Shown: piece by piece, positions 35,719 to 45,859 of the stretch
Numbering within the stretch: position 1 is the first letter of the stretch
Layout of the letters: each line of letters opens with the position of its first letter
NCBI GenBank assembly: GCA_017438745.1
Contig: JAFRUS010000093.1
Location: forward strand, 3,794-67,793
Length of the DNA: 64,000 nucleotides
Reading direction: 5' to 3'
DNA from: Oscillospiraceae bacterium
GTDB taxonomy: Bacteria; Bacillota; Clostridia; Oscillospirales; Ruminococcaceae
Notes under the pieces: generated by a model
Database searches by the model: none
Seen by the model: the letters and a program-made list of their open reading frames with translations, nothing else
What the model was told of the DNA's origin: nothing
Program-made: the position numbers and the translations under genes

Positions 35719-37530
35719 CTATTTCAGCGTCAAAAGTTTCTTCCTTGCAGTAGCCTTGAATTCCGAGCCGGAGCAGGAGAGTTTCAGCCTGAAACCGGTT
35801 GCTGCTGCTGCGCGGTCAGCTATGGAGAGGCCTAGGCCAGTTCCTTTTACATTGCTTCTTGCCTTATCGCCGCGGACAAATGGCTGCTTCAGTTTCCTTG
35901 TTCTGAGTTTTTCAGAAACGCTGTTTTTTACGGTAATGCTTTTTGGGGTTACCAGTACGGAAATATTACCTTGCTCAGGAGTGTATTTCACGGCATTTGA
36001 GATAAGGTTTTCGATAAGCATTTCTATCTGGTCTCGTTTTGTTTTTATTGTGGCTTCACCGGTCACTTCAAAAGTTATCTGTTTTTCTTCAAGCATCAGT
36101 CTGTACTTTTCAAATGCAGATTCAATGAGTGCCCTCAGATCAGTCATTTCTTTCCGGACGCGTATTTTTTCAATCTGGTTCAGATAAAGCGTGCGGTTTA
36201 TTATGGAATCGGTAAATGAGATGTTGCTCAGTATTGAATCAAGATATCGTTTCTGTTCTTCCGCTGTCATGTCACCTTCGAGAAGGTTTTCGGTGTATCC
36301 GCCGATTGCCATGAGAGGGGTTTTAATATCATGGGCGAGGTGGTTGGTGAGATCCCGCTGGTAATCTTCTAAGCGATAGGCTGACTTAAGTCTGAAGTAA
36401 CGGATGATCAGCATGATAAGACCGATGATGCTTAATAACACGGCAATGGAAATTGTCCATTTTTTCTTTACATTTTTAATATACGGATCATCCGGATCAT
36501 AGAAGTATCGTAAACTAATAATACAGTTTTTCCCATCGATTTTTAACGGTATGTTTCGTAATGAGAAAACCGTTCCGTCATCTCCTGTTCGGTCATCAAC
36601 GGAAACTACACCTCCATAACCGTAAAGATCACAGGCGACTTTCTCAGTAGAGTCGATTATCTCCTGAGACTCACCGAAATAATTCGTTAATCTGCAATAA
36701 GGCCACTTCTGACTGTCTGTGTCAGAAAATTCGTATAATTTAAAATCTGAGGTATCTTCATCGACAGGAAGAATAATTGTGTCTTTACGGATTGGTTCAG
36801 TTTCTTCTACGCCATAGCTTGTATAACCATATCTGCTTGTATAACCATATCCGTCATAATTTAATTTGATCCAGCTGAAGGTTATCTGTTTCATTATAAA
36901 CTCATGAGTTTTTCTGTTTACATAAGCACTGTCAAGTACAAGCTCTGGAAAAATCATAGATTTATCCTTTTCAGGCTTTAACAAATCTTTATTATTTTCG
37001 TAATATTCATTTATTACATTTAATGTTTCCGGAGAGTCATAGCAGAAATAGTTGTCATCATCGCTTCCGGTAAAATCTTCAAAATACATTACTGCCTGGC
37101 GTGTTGATAAATTAGAAGCAAGAACATTTCTTTCTTCATCAACCAGAATTGCAACACCATGAATATTTCCTGTCATCTTTGAAAAATACAGATTTTCGGG
37201 AAACCACGTAATATTTCTTAATCCGGAAGGAATACGATAAAACATAGTGAAAAATAAATCCATTCCAGGAAGATAGACAGAATTGGCAACATCACGGCCC
37301 ATTGTTGTACGCAGTGATGATATCGCTTCTTCTAGAGGTTGTTCTTCATATTTGTAAGAATATTTCTGTATTTGAGATACAGAGTAATTCATGTTATTTA
37401 TCTGCTGGTCGTATATCCTGTTATCTATATATTGGTCAGTGCAAGTTGACACCATTTTGGTCAGCAATGCTATTACTGCTGCATATATCGGTATGACGAT
37501 GTAAGGTTTTACGCGTTTTTTGTTTTTCAT
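35719..37530 (-). CDS. Sensor histidine kinase with a large extracytoplasmic domain
   Basis: 603 aa, two TM segments, H-box LAHDIKTPL and G-box GTGLGLSIA. Confidence 0.85.
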   Translation of the reverse strand: MKNKKRVKPYIVIPIYAAVIALLTKMVSTCTDQYIDNRIYDQQINNMNYSVSQIQKYSYKYEEQPLEEAISSLRTTMGRDVANSVYLPGMDLFFTMFYRIPSGLRNITWFPENLYFSKMTGNIHGVAILVDEERNVLASNLSTRQAVMYFEDFTGSDDDNYFCYDSPETLNVINEYYENNKDLLKPEKDKSMIFPELVLDSAYVNRKTHEFIMKQITFSWIKLNYDGYGYTSRYGYTSYGVEETEPIRKDTIILPVDEDTSDFKLYEFSDTDSQKWPYCRLTNYFGESQEIIDSTEKVACDLYGYGGVVSVDDRTGDDGTVFSLRNIPLKIDGKNCIISLRYFYDPDDPYIKNVKKKWTISIAVLLSIIGLIMLIIRYFRLKSAYRLEDYQRDLTNHLAHDIKTPLMAIGGYTENLLEGDMTAEEQKRYLDSILSNISFTDSIINRTLYLNQIEKIRVRKEMTDLRALIESAFEKYRLMLEEKQITFEVTGEATIKTKRDQIEMLIENLISNAVKYTPEQGNISVLVTPKSITVKNSVSEKLRTRKLKQPFVRGDKARSNVKGTGLGLSIADRAAAATGFRLKLSCSGSEFKATARKKLLTLK

Positions 37531-37540
37531 GGTACCCCTC

Positions 37541-38221
37541 CTATGAGTCGGTCAGTTTATAGCCTCTGCCGATCACGGTGTGAATCTGACTTCCTGCATT
37601 TCCAAGAGCTTTTCTGAGACGTTTGATGTGATTGTCCACTACGCGGTCAGCGCCGAAATAATCTTCGCCCCAGACGTTGTCGAGGAGGGTGTCACGGTCG
37701 ATGGCCCAGCCGGGGTGTTCCATGAGGTAATGCAGAATCGCAAAGGCTTTCGGTGTTAGTTCGATCTCATTACCGTAAACAAAGCAGGTGAGTGTTCTTG
37801 TGTTGAGCTGTATGGCACCGCATGAGAGAACCGGATCCGTGTTTTTTCCTGTTATTTTTTCAGTGCGTTTCAGAAGTGCTGAGCATTTTGCGTACAGGGC
37901 GGAGAGAAGAAACGGCTTTACTATGTAGTCGTCGCATCCCATGTCGTAGCCCTTCAGAATATCTTCCTCAAGACCTCTTGCAGTTATGAATATCACAGGT
38001 ATATCGCTTTTCTTTCTTATGTTCCTGCATATCGTGAAGCCGTCGGCTCCCGGGAGCATTATGTCAAGCAGTACAAGTGAGAATGCAAGCTTTCCGGAAT
38101 AAATGAGCTCAAGGGCATCGTCACCGTTTGTAACTGTGGTTATTTCTGCTCCTTTTCTTTTAAAATATTTTTCTGTGACTTCACAGATCTGAAGATCGTC
38201 TTCTACAAGAAGAATATGCAT
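37541..38221 (-). CDS. OmpR-family response regulator
   Basis: MHILLVEDD start, a receiver Asp in LLDIMLPG, and a winged-helix C-terminus ending HTVIGRGYKL. GAGGTG RBS; the track start at 38272 is an extension. Confidence 0.9.
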   Translation of the reverse strand: MHILLVEDDLQICEVTEKYFKRKGAEITTVTNGDDALELIYSGKLAFSLVLLDIMLPGADGFTICRNIRKKSDIPVIFITARGLEEDILKGYDMGCDDYIVKPFLLSALYAKCSALLKRTEKITGKNTDPVLSCGAIQLNTRTLTCFVYGNEIELTPKAFAILHYLMEHPGWAIDRDTLLDNVWGEDYFGADRVVDNHIKRLRKALGNAGSQIHTVIGRGYKLTDS

Positions 38222-38472
38222 TTTTTCACCTCTCTGGTCATGAAGCTGCAAACAGCACATATACGGAAACACCGGGAGGAGTAGTATGGACGGCGTCTCC
38301 GCAGTATAAGCTGTTTACGGTTTTGAAATCAGCGGAATACAATGTTATTTCGTATTCCAGTAAGTATTATAACGTACCGGTGTGTCATTGATATATCATT
38401 TGCGGGTTCTGGATGTATTTTTTTGTTCCGATAATAGTATAGCATCTGCAGAAACGGCAGATGCTATATGCG

Positions 38473-39867
38473 TCAGGAAGCCGGAACTTCCGGCATATCA
38501 ATATCAGATTTGCGGTCGGTTTTCGGGTACTTCTTCCGCATGAACTGGAAGCAGATGAAGTGCGCGATAAATGTGATGATCCACGAAACAGGGTAAGATA
38601 CGAACAGCATTGATTCATTGTGGAACTGCGGCAGTCTGAAAAGTGTGAATATCCAGATTATTCTCAGGCCGCAGGCACCGATGAGTGAGATTATGGTTGG
38701 CGTCATACCGTATCCCATACCTCTTATATTACCTACTATACAGTCCATCAGTCCGCATGTGCAGTAGAAGCAGCACACCATGAACATACGTGTCATTCCT
38801 GCGTTTATAACTTCAGGACGGGAATCATATATCGCAAGAAGCTGATTTCCGAACAGGTAGGCTGCATTTCCGAGTATAAGACCGGTAGCAGCTGCACACA
38901 TACAGGATGTGACCGCTATCCTGTTAAGTCTCGAAAATCTGCCGGCACCGATGTTCTGGCTCATAAAGGTGAGCGCTCCCTGTGAAAAGGAGTTCATCGA
39001 AACCCATACAAATCCCTCGATACTTGAAGCAGCAGCACTGCCTGCCATTACTATAGCGCCGAAACTGTTTACCGATGACTGAATAACAACGTTCGAAAGC
39101 GAGAATATCACACCCTGTATACCGGCCGGAATACCGATCTTCAGTATTGCGGAAACGATATGCGGGTCAAGGGATAGTTTTCTGAATGAAAAGCGGAATG
39201 CATCCTCTTCCTTCGAAAGACATATAAGGATCAGAACAGCGGATATTACCTGTGAAATGGCAGTTGCCAGTCCGACACCCATTACATCCATCTTCAGAAC
39301 AATTACGAAAAACAGGTTAAGAACAAAGTTTACAGCTCCTGCGATGGTGAGGTAGAGAAGCGGTCTTTTGGTATCGCCCTTGGACCGAAGGAGCGAGCTT
39401 CCGAAGTTGTAGATCATCATAGGTATCATACCGGTGAAATACACTCTCAGATAAAGTGATGAAAGTCCGAGGACGTTGTCCGGAGTAGCCATGAGTTTCA
39501 GCAGGGAAGGAGCGAAAATGATCCCGAAAACCATGAGTATTGCTCCGCATATGATACTGAGTGAAACCGATGTGTGAACTGTACGGGATATCTGATATTT
39601 GTTTCCGGCACCGGCAAATTTGGCGGTGAGTACATTTACACTTACAGACAGCCCGAGGAAAAGGTTTGTCATAAGATTGACAAGCGCAGTGGTGGAACCT
39701 ACTGCGGCAAGTGAGTATTCACTGGCGAAATTTCCGACAACGATGACGTCTGCCGCATTGAACAGAAGCTGCAGTACGCTTGAAAGAAGCAGTGGTATGG
39801 TCAGTTCAAGCAGAGCCGGGAGAATAGGCCCGTTACACATATCTATTTCATTTCTGGACTTTGGCAT
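38473..39867 (-). CDS. MATE-family efflux transporter
   Basis: About 464 aa and 12 TM. N-terminus GPILPALLELTIPLLLSSVLQLLFNAADVIVVG is typical of MATE/NorM. The start is inferred at ATG 39867. Confidence 0.8.
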   Translation of the reverse strand: MPKSRNEIDMCNGPILPALLELTIPLLLSSVLQLLFNAADVIVVGNFASEYSLAAVGSTTALVNLMTNLFLGLSVSVNVLTAKFAGAGNKYQISRTVHTSVSLSIICGAILMVFGIIFAPSLLKLMATPDNVLGLSSLYLRVYFTGMIPMMIYNFGSSLLRSKGDTKRPLLYLTIAGAVNFVLNLFFVIVLKMDVMGVGLATAISQVISAVLILICLSKEEDAFRFSFRKLSLDPHIVSAILKIGIPAGIQGVIFSLSNVVIQSSVNSFGAIVMAGSAAASSIEGFVWVSMNSFSQGALTFMSQNIGAGRFSRLNRIAVTSCMCAAATGLILGNAAYLFGNQLLAIYDSRPEVINAGMTRMFMVCCFYCTCGLMDCIVGNIRGMGYGMTPTIISLIGACGLRIIWIFTLFRLPQFHNESMLFVSYPVSWIITFIAHFICFQFMRKKYPKTDRKSDIDMPEVPAS

Positions 39868-39961
39868 TTGGATTCTTCTTTCGTAAATTGATTTTGTTAT
39901 CATGAAAAAACAGGGGAATGGAGCGACAGCCCCATACCCCGTGCACATATCTTAAGTGCGT

Positions 39962-42559
39962 TTATTTTTTTAGATTGAGAATGAACCGGAAAATAAAGCA
40001 TTCCTTTTTGCTCTTGGTGCTGTAAATACTCTCGGCGAGAGCGTTTGCAGTTTTCACTGAACGCGCGAGTTCCTCGTCGGTTATTTCATCATTGCTGAAT
40101 CCGGCTTTCAGAGCTGTTCTTATAAGTTCGTCAAGCTCGCCCTTACCGACAAGATCACCGGCCTGTTCCTCTGCATATTCTGCAAATTCAAGCGGCATCA
40201 TGCTGCCTTTTCCTATACCGTAATGTTCGAGAAGTTCGGTTGTGTAGCGGTAAACATTTGCCATTCTGTTGTTGTTGGTTCCTGTACGGAATCCTCTTGT
40301 TCTGCTGTTAGTCACACTGATGTGTCTGAACAGGATAATGGCAGCGATAATAAGAAACAGTGCTGTTACTGATATAACGAATTTTATCACTGCATTTAAA
40401 GTTTTCTTTAGGAATCCCGGTTCGCTTCCATCCGGATCAGTCGTGCCGGAATCATCAGTGACTGCTGCAGCGGAATCAGTTTCTGCAGTTGTTTCAGCTA
40501 CGGCAGCAGGTACGAGTTCTGTTACGATCTCAGTCACCGGAACAGCTTCCGGTTCAGTCTGTCCAGGAGTTTCCGTTACAATTGCTGTTTCAGCCTCTGT
40601 AACTGTTGATTCCTCCTGACCACGTTTTTCTTCAGCTGAGATTATTCCGCGGTCATAGCCCGGAGTGAACTCGAACGGTACCCATCCGTATCCGTCAATG
40701 TAGAATTCAGCCCAAGCGTGAGCACGTGAGTCGTGTATCTCCACCCTGTAGAACTGATCATACTTGTCGGCTTTTTCAATATCTGACGGGATAACTATAT
40801 AGCCTTCAGCGTATCTTGCAGGAATGCCTTTAAGACGTGCAAGCACAACTGCCGCTGTGGCAAAGTGTGAGCAGTAACCCTTGTGGTTTTCCTTCAGAAG
40901 ATACCAGGTAAGTTCCGTATCCGGAGGAGTAATGCCCGGTTCAAGCGTATATTCAGCCGAGTCTCTGAGAATCGATTTTATGCGTGAACTTATTTCTTCA
41001 ATATTTGTTCCGTCGTAGTGCGGAATATAACTGTATTCGGAAGCAAGCTCATTCATTGTCTCGCTGTCCGGAAGTTTTATGTAGTTTTTGTGGACGTAAT
41101 CCCTGTATTCCTTCTCAAAATCACTGGCAGCAGGGAACTGCTCCTTGTTCTTTTCAAGATGGGCTGTGTTGATGAACATATCTTCCGGGAAATATGCGTC
41201 AAATGAGTAGGACTTTGTGTTTTCAATGCGGAAAAATCCGTCTCTTTCAGGAATCAGCTGATTATCAGGCGAAATGCTGTAAGGTGTGAAGGCATATTTG
41301 TTGATATTAAAATATGAGGTTATTATCAGATTTCTTTTGTCAACATCGCCCGGATAGACCGCACTGAGATATGAGTCGTTTCGGAAGTTGAAATACTGCG
41401 GATATTCACCTGTCCTGCTCATAGTGTCAAACAGATGTCTGTTTTCAGAGACTATATTCTCAGGGAGGGAATACCAGGCGTTGTTCCTGTATTCAGCACC
41501 GGTAAATCCTTTCAGATAAATAATACCGTCAACTTTGTCTGAAATCATCATAGTAAGATCAGTATGGTCAGTAAATGTGACCTTCGAGAAATTACCGAGC
41601 TGTGATCTTTCGGTAACAGGATTTCTTTCAGTTCCGTTCTGTATGTTGTTTGCTATTTTTTCAATGGAAAGATCGGATATTGCAGTTTTTATCTCGGTTC
41701 TTGTAGTTGTTACCTTTTCAGGTCGTTCCACATTGATGACAGTCGTTACAGCGGAAGATACGAGAAAAATCGCGAATACTGAAAGAAGCGTTATTATGCC
41801 GATATCTTCGATAACGTTGTTTCTTAAGTTCCCCGAAGAAACAAATATGTTTTTCTTACGCACGAAAACAGGTTTGCCTGATTCAGTATGGTACTGGTTG
41901 CCTGCGACTCTCATTGCAAATACTGCTACCCAGTATGAGATAAGGAGCGAGAAGGCGAGGTGATTCGGGCTGAAACCGAACATAAGACCTGTTTCGATGA
42001 ACGGGAAAGTTATCAGAAAAGTGATAACGAATCTTGGCTTTACTATGGTGTTGTAGCACAGTACCGGAACTATAGCAGCGAACAGAAACATCATGAATAT
42101 GGTCAGACAGTAGTATCTGTCAGTACCCTCAGGTATCGTGTACACCGTGTGTCCCGGGGCTACCACCTTGATCGTGTCTGCTATTATGTTGACAAGTATG
42201 CCGTAGCCAAGTGAGAATTCGGTTATCTTTTTATATATTGCATAGCCCCATCCCAGATAAAGCAGGAGATTTAAGTTTCTCGCCTTCGACGGGAACATAC
42301 AGAAAACTGATGAGATCACGAAGAAGATCGCCTCAGCGGCATATATCATTTTTCTGCTGCATTCAAAATCGAAGAGCGTCAGAAACGAAAACGTAAAACC
42401 AGCTATTCCGGCCATGGTGGTTATTATCAGCAGCAGCCGTGAATTTATCCGGTATCTGCTGTTGAAGGCAAGCGAGATCGAGTCGGTAATGTTTATCCCG
42501 CCGCCTGTAATTGTGTGGTTTTCTGTATTTCTTTTCATTTTGTTCCTTTTATATAACAA
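39962..42559 (-). CDS. Transglutaminase-like domain membrane protein (TgpA-like)
   Basis: 865 aa with a multi-TM N-terminus. Transglutaminase core GYCSHFATAAVVL ... HAWAEFY ... Overlaps the DUF58 gene end. Confidence 0.8.
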   Translation of the reverse strand: MLYKRNKMKRNTENHTITGGGINITDSISLAFNSRYRINSRLLLIITTMAGIAGFTFSFLTLFDFECSRKMIYAAEAIFFVISSVFCMFPSKARNLNLLLYLGWGYAIYKKITEFSLGYGILVNIIADTIKVVAPGHTVYTIPEGTDRYYCLTIFMMFLFAAIVPVLCYNTIVKPRFVITFLITFPFIETGLMFGFSPNHLAFSLLISYWVAVFAMRVAGNQYHTESGKPVFVRKKNIFVSSGNLRNNVIEDIGIITLLSVFAIFLVSSAVTTVINVERPEKVTTTRTEIKTAISDLSIEKIANNIQNGTERNPVTERSQLGNFSKVTFTDHTDLTMMISDKVDGIIYLKGFTGAEYRNNAWYSLPENIVSENRHLFDTMSRTGEYPQYFNFRNDSYLSAVYPGDVDKRNLIITSYFNINKYAFTPYSISPDNQLIPERDGFFRIENTKSYSFDAYFPEDMFINTAHLEKNKEQFPAASDFEKEYRDYVHKNYIKLPDSETMNELASEYSYIPHYDGTNIEEISSRIKSILRDSAEYTLEPGITPPDTELTWYLLKENHKGYCSHFATAAVVLARLKGIPARYAEGYIVIPSDIEKADKYDQFYRVEIHDSRAHAWAEFYIDGYGWVPFEFTPGYDRGIISAEEKRGQEESTVTEAETAIVTETPGQTEPEAVPVTEIVTELVPAAVAETTAETDSAAAVTDDSGTTDPDGSEPGFLKKTLNAVIKFVISVTALFLIIAAIILFRHISVTNSRTRGFRTGTNNNRMANVYRYTTELLEHYGIGKGSMMPLEFAEYAEEQAGDLVGKGELDELIRTALKAGFSNDEITDEELARSVKTANALAESIYSTKSKKECFIFRFILNLKK

Positions 42560-43739
42560 CCTTGTTCAGACTTTCTGAAATATCTCCGAAGTCAGCTTCC
42601 ACAGCAAATGTGGATCCTGTGTCATGGAAAAATTCAGGTGTTTCTGATCCGTCGTTTATGTACAGATAAGTTTTGTGCTCTGCGTTGTTAAGCACTGTAA
42701 AATTATGAAACAGTTCATCGGACAGTGCCGGTGAAATGTATATGAGATTTGAAAAATGCACATCATTGTTTTCAGCTTTGCTGTGAATGAAGGCGCTGAA
42801 AATATCGTCGTACGTACCGGATGAAAAAACTGCACTGAGAAAAGCGGAGAAATCAATCTCGGAACTTATCTTTTCAGTGTGGAGCATTTTCTGGTTCGGA
42901 TCGTACCAGGCGATTTTATGAGTGATATTGTTTGCGAGCATAAAGTAGGAAAGTGACATTGCGGCATCAAGAGATGCGTCGTTCTTTTCCATACTGTATT
43001 CAGATGAGCTGTCTCTGCAGAATTCAAATATTATGATTATCTGGCTGCTGACCGGAAGACTGTATTCCTTTACCATGAGTTCGTCCAGTTTTGTGGTCAG
43101 ATTCCAGTGTATACGGTTTATCTTGTCACCGTAAATATATTCACGTATGTTGAAAATCTCGGAGCAGTCATCACCGGCCTTTACCTTTGAGAATTCCTCG
43201 TTGTCGGTCATGCTGTTAAGTGAAGTGTCAACTGCCGGCTCTATGCTTGTAAGTGTCGGTACAACTGCGATGTCATGCGTGCAGTTGTAGTTTATGACTT
43301 TTGAAAAAAGCTTTATGTAGTCGTAAACGCGGATACTTTTCAGAACAACCTGAACCATGCCGCAGTGAGCGTATGAAACACTGAACTTTATGCTCTGTTC
43401 ATTGTCGGAAGCGACCGGAAGCATGGTGGTAAGGGACTGAGTTTCATTTGTAAGAGTATTGGTTATCTGAAGCGACACGACTGCACATGAAACCGGAAGA
43501 ATGGAATGATTCTTCAGTCTTACTGCGATCCTTGTCGGAACATTCCTTTCAGTCGTTGAACATCCGATGTCGAGAACAGCTGTTATATTTTTTGAAATTC
43601 GTCTGAGAATAAACAGCTGCAGAAAAGGGAAAACCACTGTCAGTATAAGGATCAGCAGCGACATGCTGTCAACGAAGAGAATGTAAAAAAGGACCATGCA
43701 GGCAAGCAGAATCAGATAGATTATTTTGCTTTTGATCAT
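42549..43739 (-). CDS. DUF58-family protein
   Basis: 396 aa with two N-terminal TM segments. REYIYGDKINRIHWNLTTKLDELMVKEY matches the DUF58 signature. Confidence 0.75.
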   Translation of the reverse strand: MIKSKIIYLILLACMVLFYILFVDSMSLLILILTVVFPFLQLFILRRISKNITAVLDIGCSTTERNVPTRIAVRLKNHSILPVSCAVVSLQITNTLTNETQSLTTMLPVASDNEQSIKFSVSYAHCGMVQVVLKSIRVYDYIKLFSKVINYNCTHDIAVVPTLTSIEPAVDTSLNSMTDNEEFSKVKAGDDCSEIFNIREYIYGDKINRIHWNLTTKLDELMVKEYSLPVSSQIIIIFEFCRDSSSEYSMEKNDASLDAAMSLSYFMLANNITHKIAWYDPNQKMLHTEKISSEIDFSAFLSAVFSSGTYDDIFSAFIHSKAENNDVHFSNLIYISPALSDELFHNFTVLNNAEHKTYLYINDGSETPEFFHDTGSTFAVEADFGDISESLNKVVI

Positions 43740-43750
43740 TGTAGGACCTC

Positions 43751-44701
43751 TTACCTGTCGAATTCAGGATGCTTGACCTGTGATGCGATCTCGTCGAGTA
43801 TCTGTACTGCACTTACGTTGTTGATACGTGCATTTGAATTCAGTATAAGACGGTGTGAGAATACGTCGTGGTACATGTACATGACGTCATCCGGAATAAC
43901 GTAGTCACGTCCCTTTAACAGGGCGGTTGCCTTTGAGATCTGCATAAGCGCGATGGCACCTCGTGTACTGATGCCGAGCTTTATCATGGAGTGTTCGCGG
44001 GTAGCCTGAGCGAGCTTTGCGATGTATGTGTAGATTTTGTCGTCAACGTGGATATTTTCAACTACCTTTTGAAGTGAGATAAGAGTTTGAGTATCTGCGA
44101 CCTCGCTTATAAAATCGAGAGGTGAGTAGTTTGACTTAAGCTTAAGGATCTCAGTTTCGCTTTCAAGATCAGGATAACCCATTGAGATCTTAATCATGAA
44201 ACGGTCGAGCTGTGACTCAGGAAGTTCCTGCGTTCCGACTGAACCGATAGGGTTCTGTGTCGCCATTACGATAAACGGCTTCGGGAGCGCGTGAGTGACA
44301 CCGTCAACGGTTACCTTGCCTTCTTCCATGATCTCGAGAAGAGCTGACTGTGTCTTGCTTGAAGTTCTGTTGATCTCGTCAGCGAGAAGCAGGTTGCACA
44401 TTGAAGCACCCGGCTTGAATTCAAAACTTCCGTTGTGCTTGTTGTATACGGTAAATCCGGTGATATCTGTAGGGAGAACGTCAGGCGTGAACTGCACACG
44501 GTTATAGTCGAGTGACAGGGTCTTTGAAAAAGCGAGAGCAAGAGTCGTCTTTCCTACGCCCGGAATATCTTCGAGAAGAATGTGTCCCTTGGCCAGAACC
44601 GCCAGAAGGATCTTTATAATTACTTTGTCCTTGCCTATTACGGCTTTTTTAACTTCATCTATGATAAGCCTTACGGTTTTGATCGAATTATTGTTTGTCA
44701 T
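43751..44701 (-). CDS. MoxR-family AAA+ ATPase
   Basis: 316 aa. Walker A PGVGKT, Walker B LLADEINR and MATQNP. Confidence 0.9.
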   Translation of the reverse strand: MTNNNSIKTVRLIIDEVKKAVIGKDKVIIKILLAVLAKGHILLEDIPGVGKTTLALAFSKTLSLDYNRVQFTPDVLPTDITGFTVYNKHNGSFEFKPGASMCNLLLADEINRTSSKTQSALLEIMEEGKVTVDGVTHALPKPFIVMATQNPIGSVGTQELPESQLDRFMIKISMGYPDLESETEILKLKSNYSPLDFISEVADTQTLISLQKVVENIHVDDKIYTYIAKLAQATREHSMIKLGISTRGAIALMQISKATALLKGRDYVIPDDVMYMYHDVFSHRLILNSNARINNVSAVQILDEIASQVKHPEFDR

Positions 44702-44811
44702 ATTTTGTTACATCCTTTTTATCTGTAGTTTATCGCCGTACTATTATTGGGCGAAGAAATGCTAACTTTTATTATAACATTTTTTTGCCCTGGTTTCAAT
44801 ATGTTTTTTCA

Positions 44812-44841
44812 TTGACAAAGTACGAAAAACACTGCTATAAT
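44812..44841 (+). promoter_or_regulatory. Sigma-A promoter of the DMT transporter gene
   Basis: TTGACA, 18 nt, TATAAT. Confidence 0.6.
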
Positions 44842-44847
44842 ATTATA

Positions 44848-44946
44848 GGTAAACAAATGATTAAACTGCAGATCCGGCTTCTCCGGATCTGCGGAATAGG
44901 GAGAATGCGGGGCTTCGCCCTGTGCCCCACGCTGATTTAATCAGCT
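44848..44946 (-). repeat. Modular repeat, copy E (reverse orientation) within a 5' UTR
   Basis: ctgcagatccggcttctccggatctgcgg / gcggggcttcgccc / ccccacgctgatttaatcagc. Confidence 0.75.
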
Positions 44947-44947
44947 C

Positions 44948-45853
44948 ATGAATCATACAGCAAAGAACGGACGGATCATAATGGACAAACATAAAAAAGG
45001 CGTATTATATATCATTGCATCAGCATTCTGCTTTGCGCTTATGAATCTTTTCATAAGACTTACGGGCGATGTTCCTACACTTCAGAAATGCTTTTTCAGA
45101 AATGTTTTTGCTTTGATGATAGCAGCGGCTTCGCTTGTAAAAGCAGGTGTTCCGTTCAAACCGGGAAAGGGAAATGTTAAATACATGGTCATCCGTTCGC
45201 TTACAGGCGGACTCGGAATGATGTGTAATTTCTACGCAGTTGACCACATGGACATCTCTGACGCTTCAATGCTCAACAAGCTATCTCCTTTCTTCGCCGT
45301 TGTTTTTTCAGCGCTTCTTCTGAAGGAAAAGGCGAATAAATACGAGTGGGGAGCAGTTATTGCCGCCTTTATCGGAATGCTGTTTGTTGTGCGGCCGTCT
45401 TTCGATATCAAAGTAATTCCAGCGCTTGCAGGTGTTGCGGGCGGACTCGGAGCAGGTATAGCATACACATTTGTCCGTAAGCTCGGCACAAGAGGCGAGA
45501 ACAGTATGATAGTCGTAGCCTTCTTTTCCGGTTTCACGACAATGCTCCTTCTTCCGAACATGTTCTTTAATTATAAACCGATGACACCTATACAGTGGAT
45601 GTTCCTCGTTCTCACAGGTCTTGCCGCAGCAGGCGGTCAGATCGGTATCACAAGCGCATATGCCTGTGCTCCGGCAAAGGAGATATCGGTTTACGATTTT
45701 TCAATAGTTATTTTTGCAGCCATCTTTGGTTTTATGTTCTTAGGCCAGATACCTGATCTTCTCAGTGTTGTGGGTTATATAATCATCATAGGCACAGCAC
45801 TTCTCAAATGGTACTATACAGTTATCAGACCGGCTAAAGCCGAAAATACATGA
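44948..45853 (+). CDS. DMT-superfamily (EamA-like) transporter
   Basis: About 10 TM with a duplicated EamA-like pattern. The start could be ATG 44948 or ATG 44981. Confidence 0.75.
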   Translation: MNHTAKNGRIIMDKHKKGVLYIIASAFCFALMNLFIRLTGDVPTLQKCFFRNVFALMIAAASLVKAGVPFKPGKGNVKYMVIRSLTGGLGMMCNFYAVDHMDISDASMLNKLSPFFAVVFSALLLKEKANKYEWGAVIAAFIGMLFVVRPSFDIKVIPALAGVAGGLGAGIAYTFVRKLGTRGENSMIVVAFFSGFTTMLLLPNMFFNYKPMTPIQWMFLVLTGLAAAGGQIGITSAYACAPAKEISVYDFSIVIFAAIFGFMFLGQIPDLLSVVGYIIIIGTALLKWYYTVIRPAKAENT

Positions 45854-45859
45854 TGATTC

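Noticed and set aside
38385-38618. A 77-aa minus-strand ORF overlapping the 3' end of the MATE gene.
   Set aside because: It is in an alternative frame over the MATE C-terminus and downstream spacer, has no RBS and has an odd Cys/Arg/Ser composition. I consider it spurious.
42549-42559. Short gene overlaps (42549-42559, 2253-2266, 12561-12586, 34938-34941) that might indicate frameshifts or fusions.
   Set aside because: The overlaps are small. Each downstream gene has a plausible start, and the reading frames are intact on both sides. This is ordinary operon packing.
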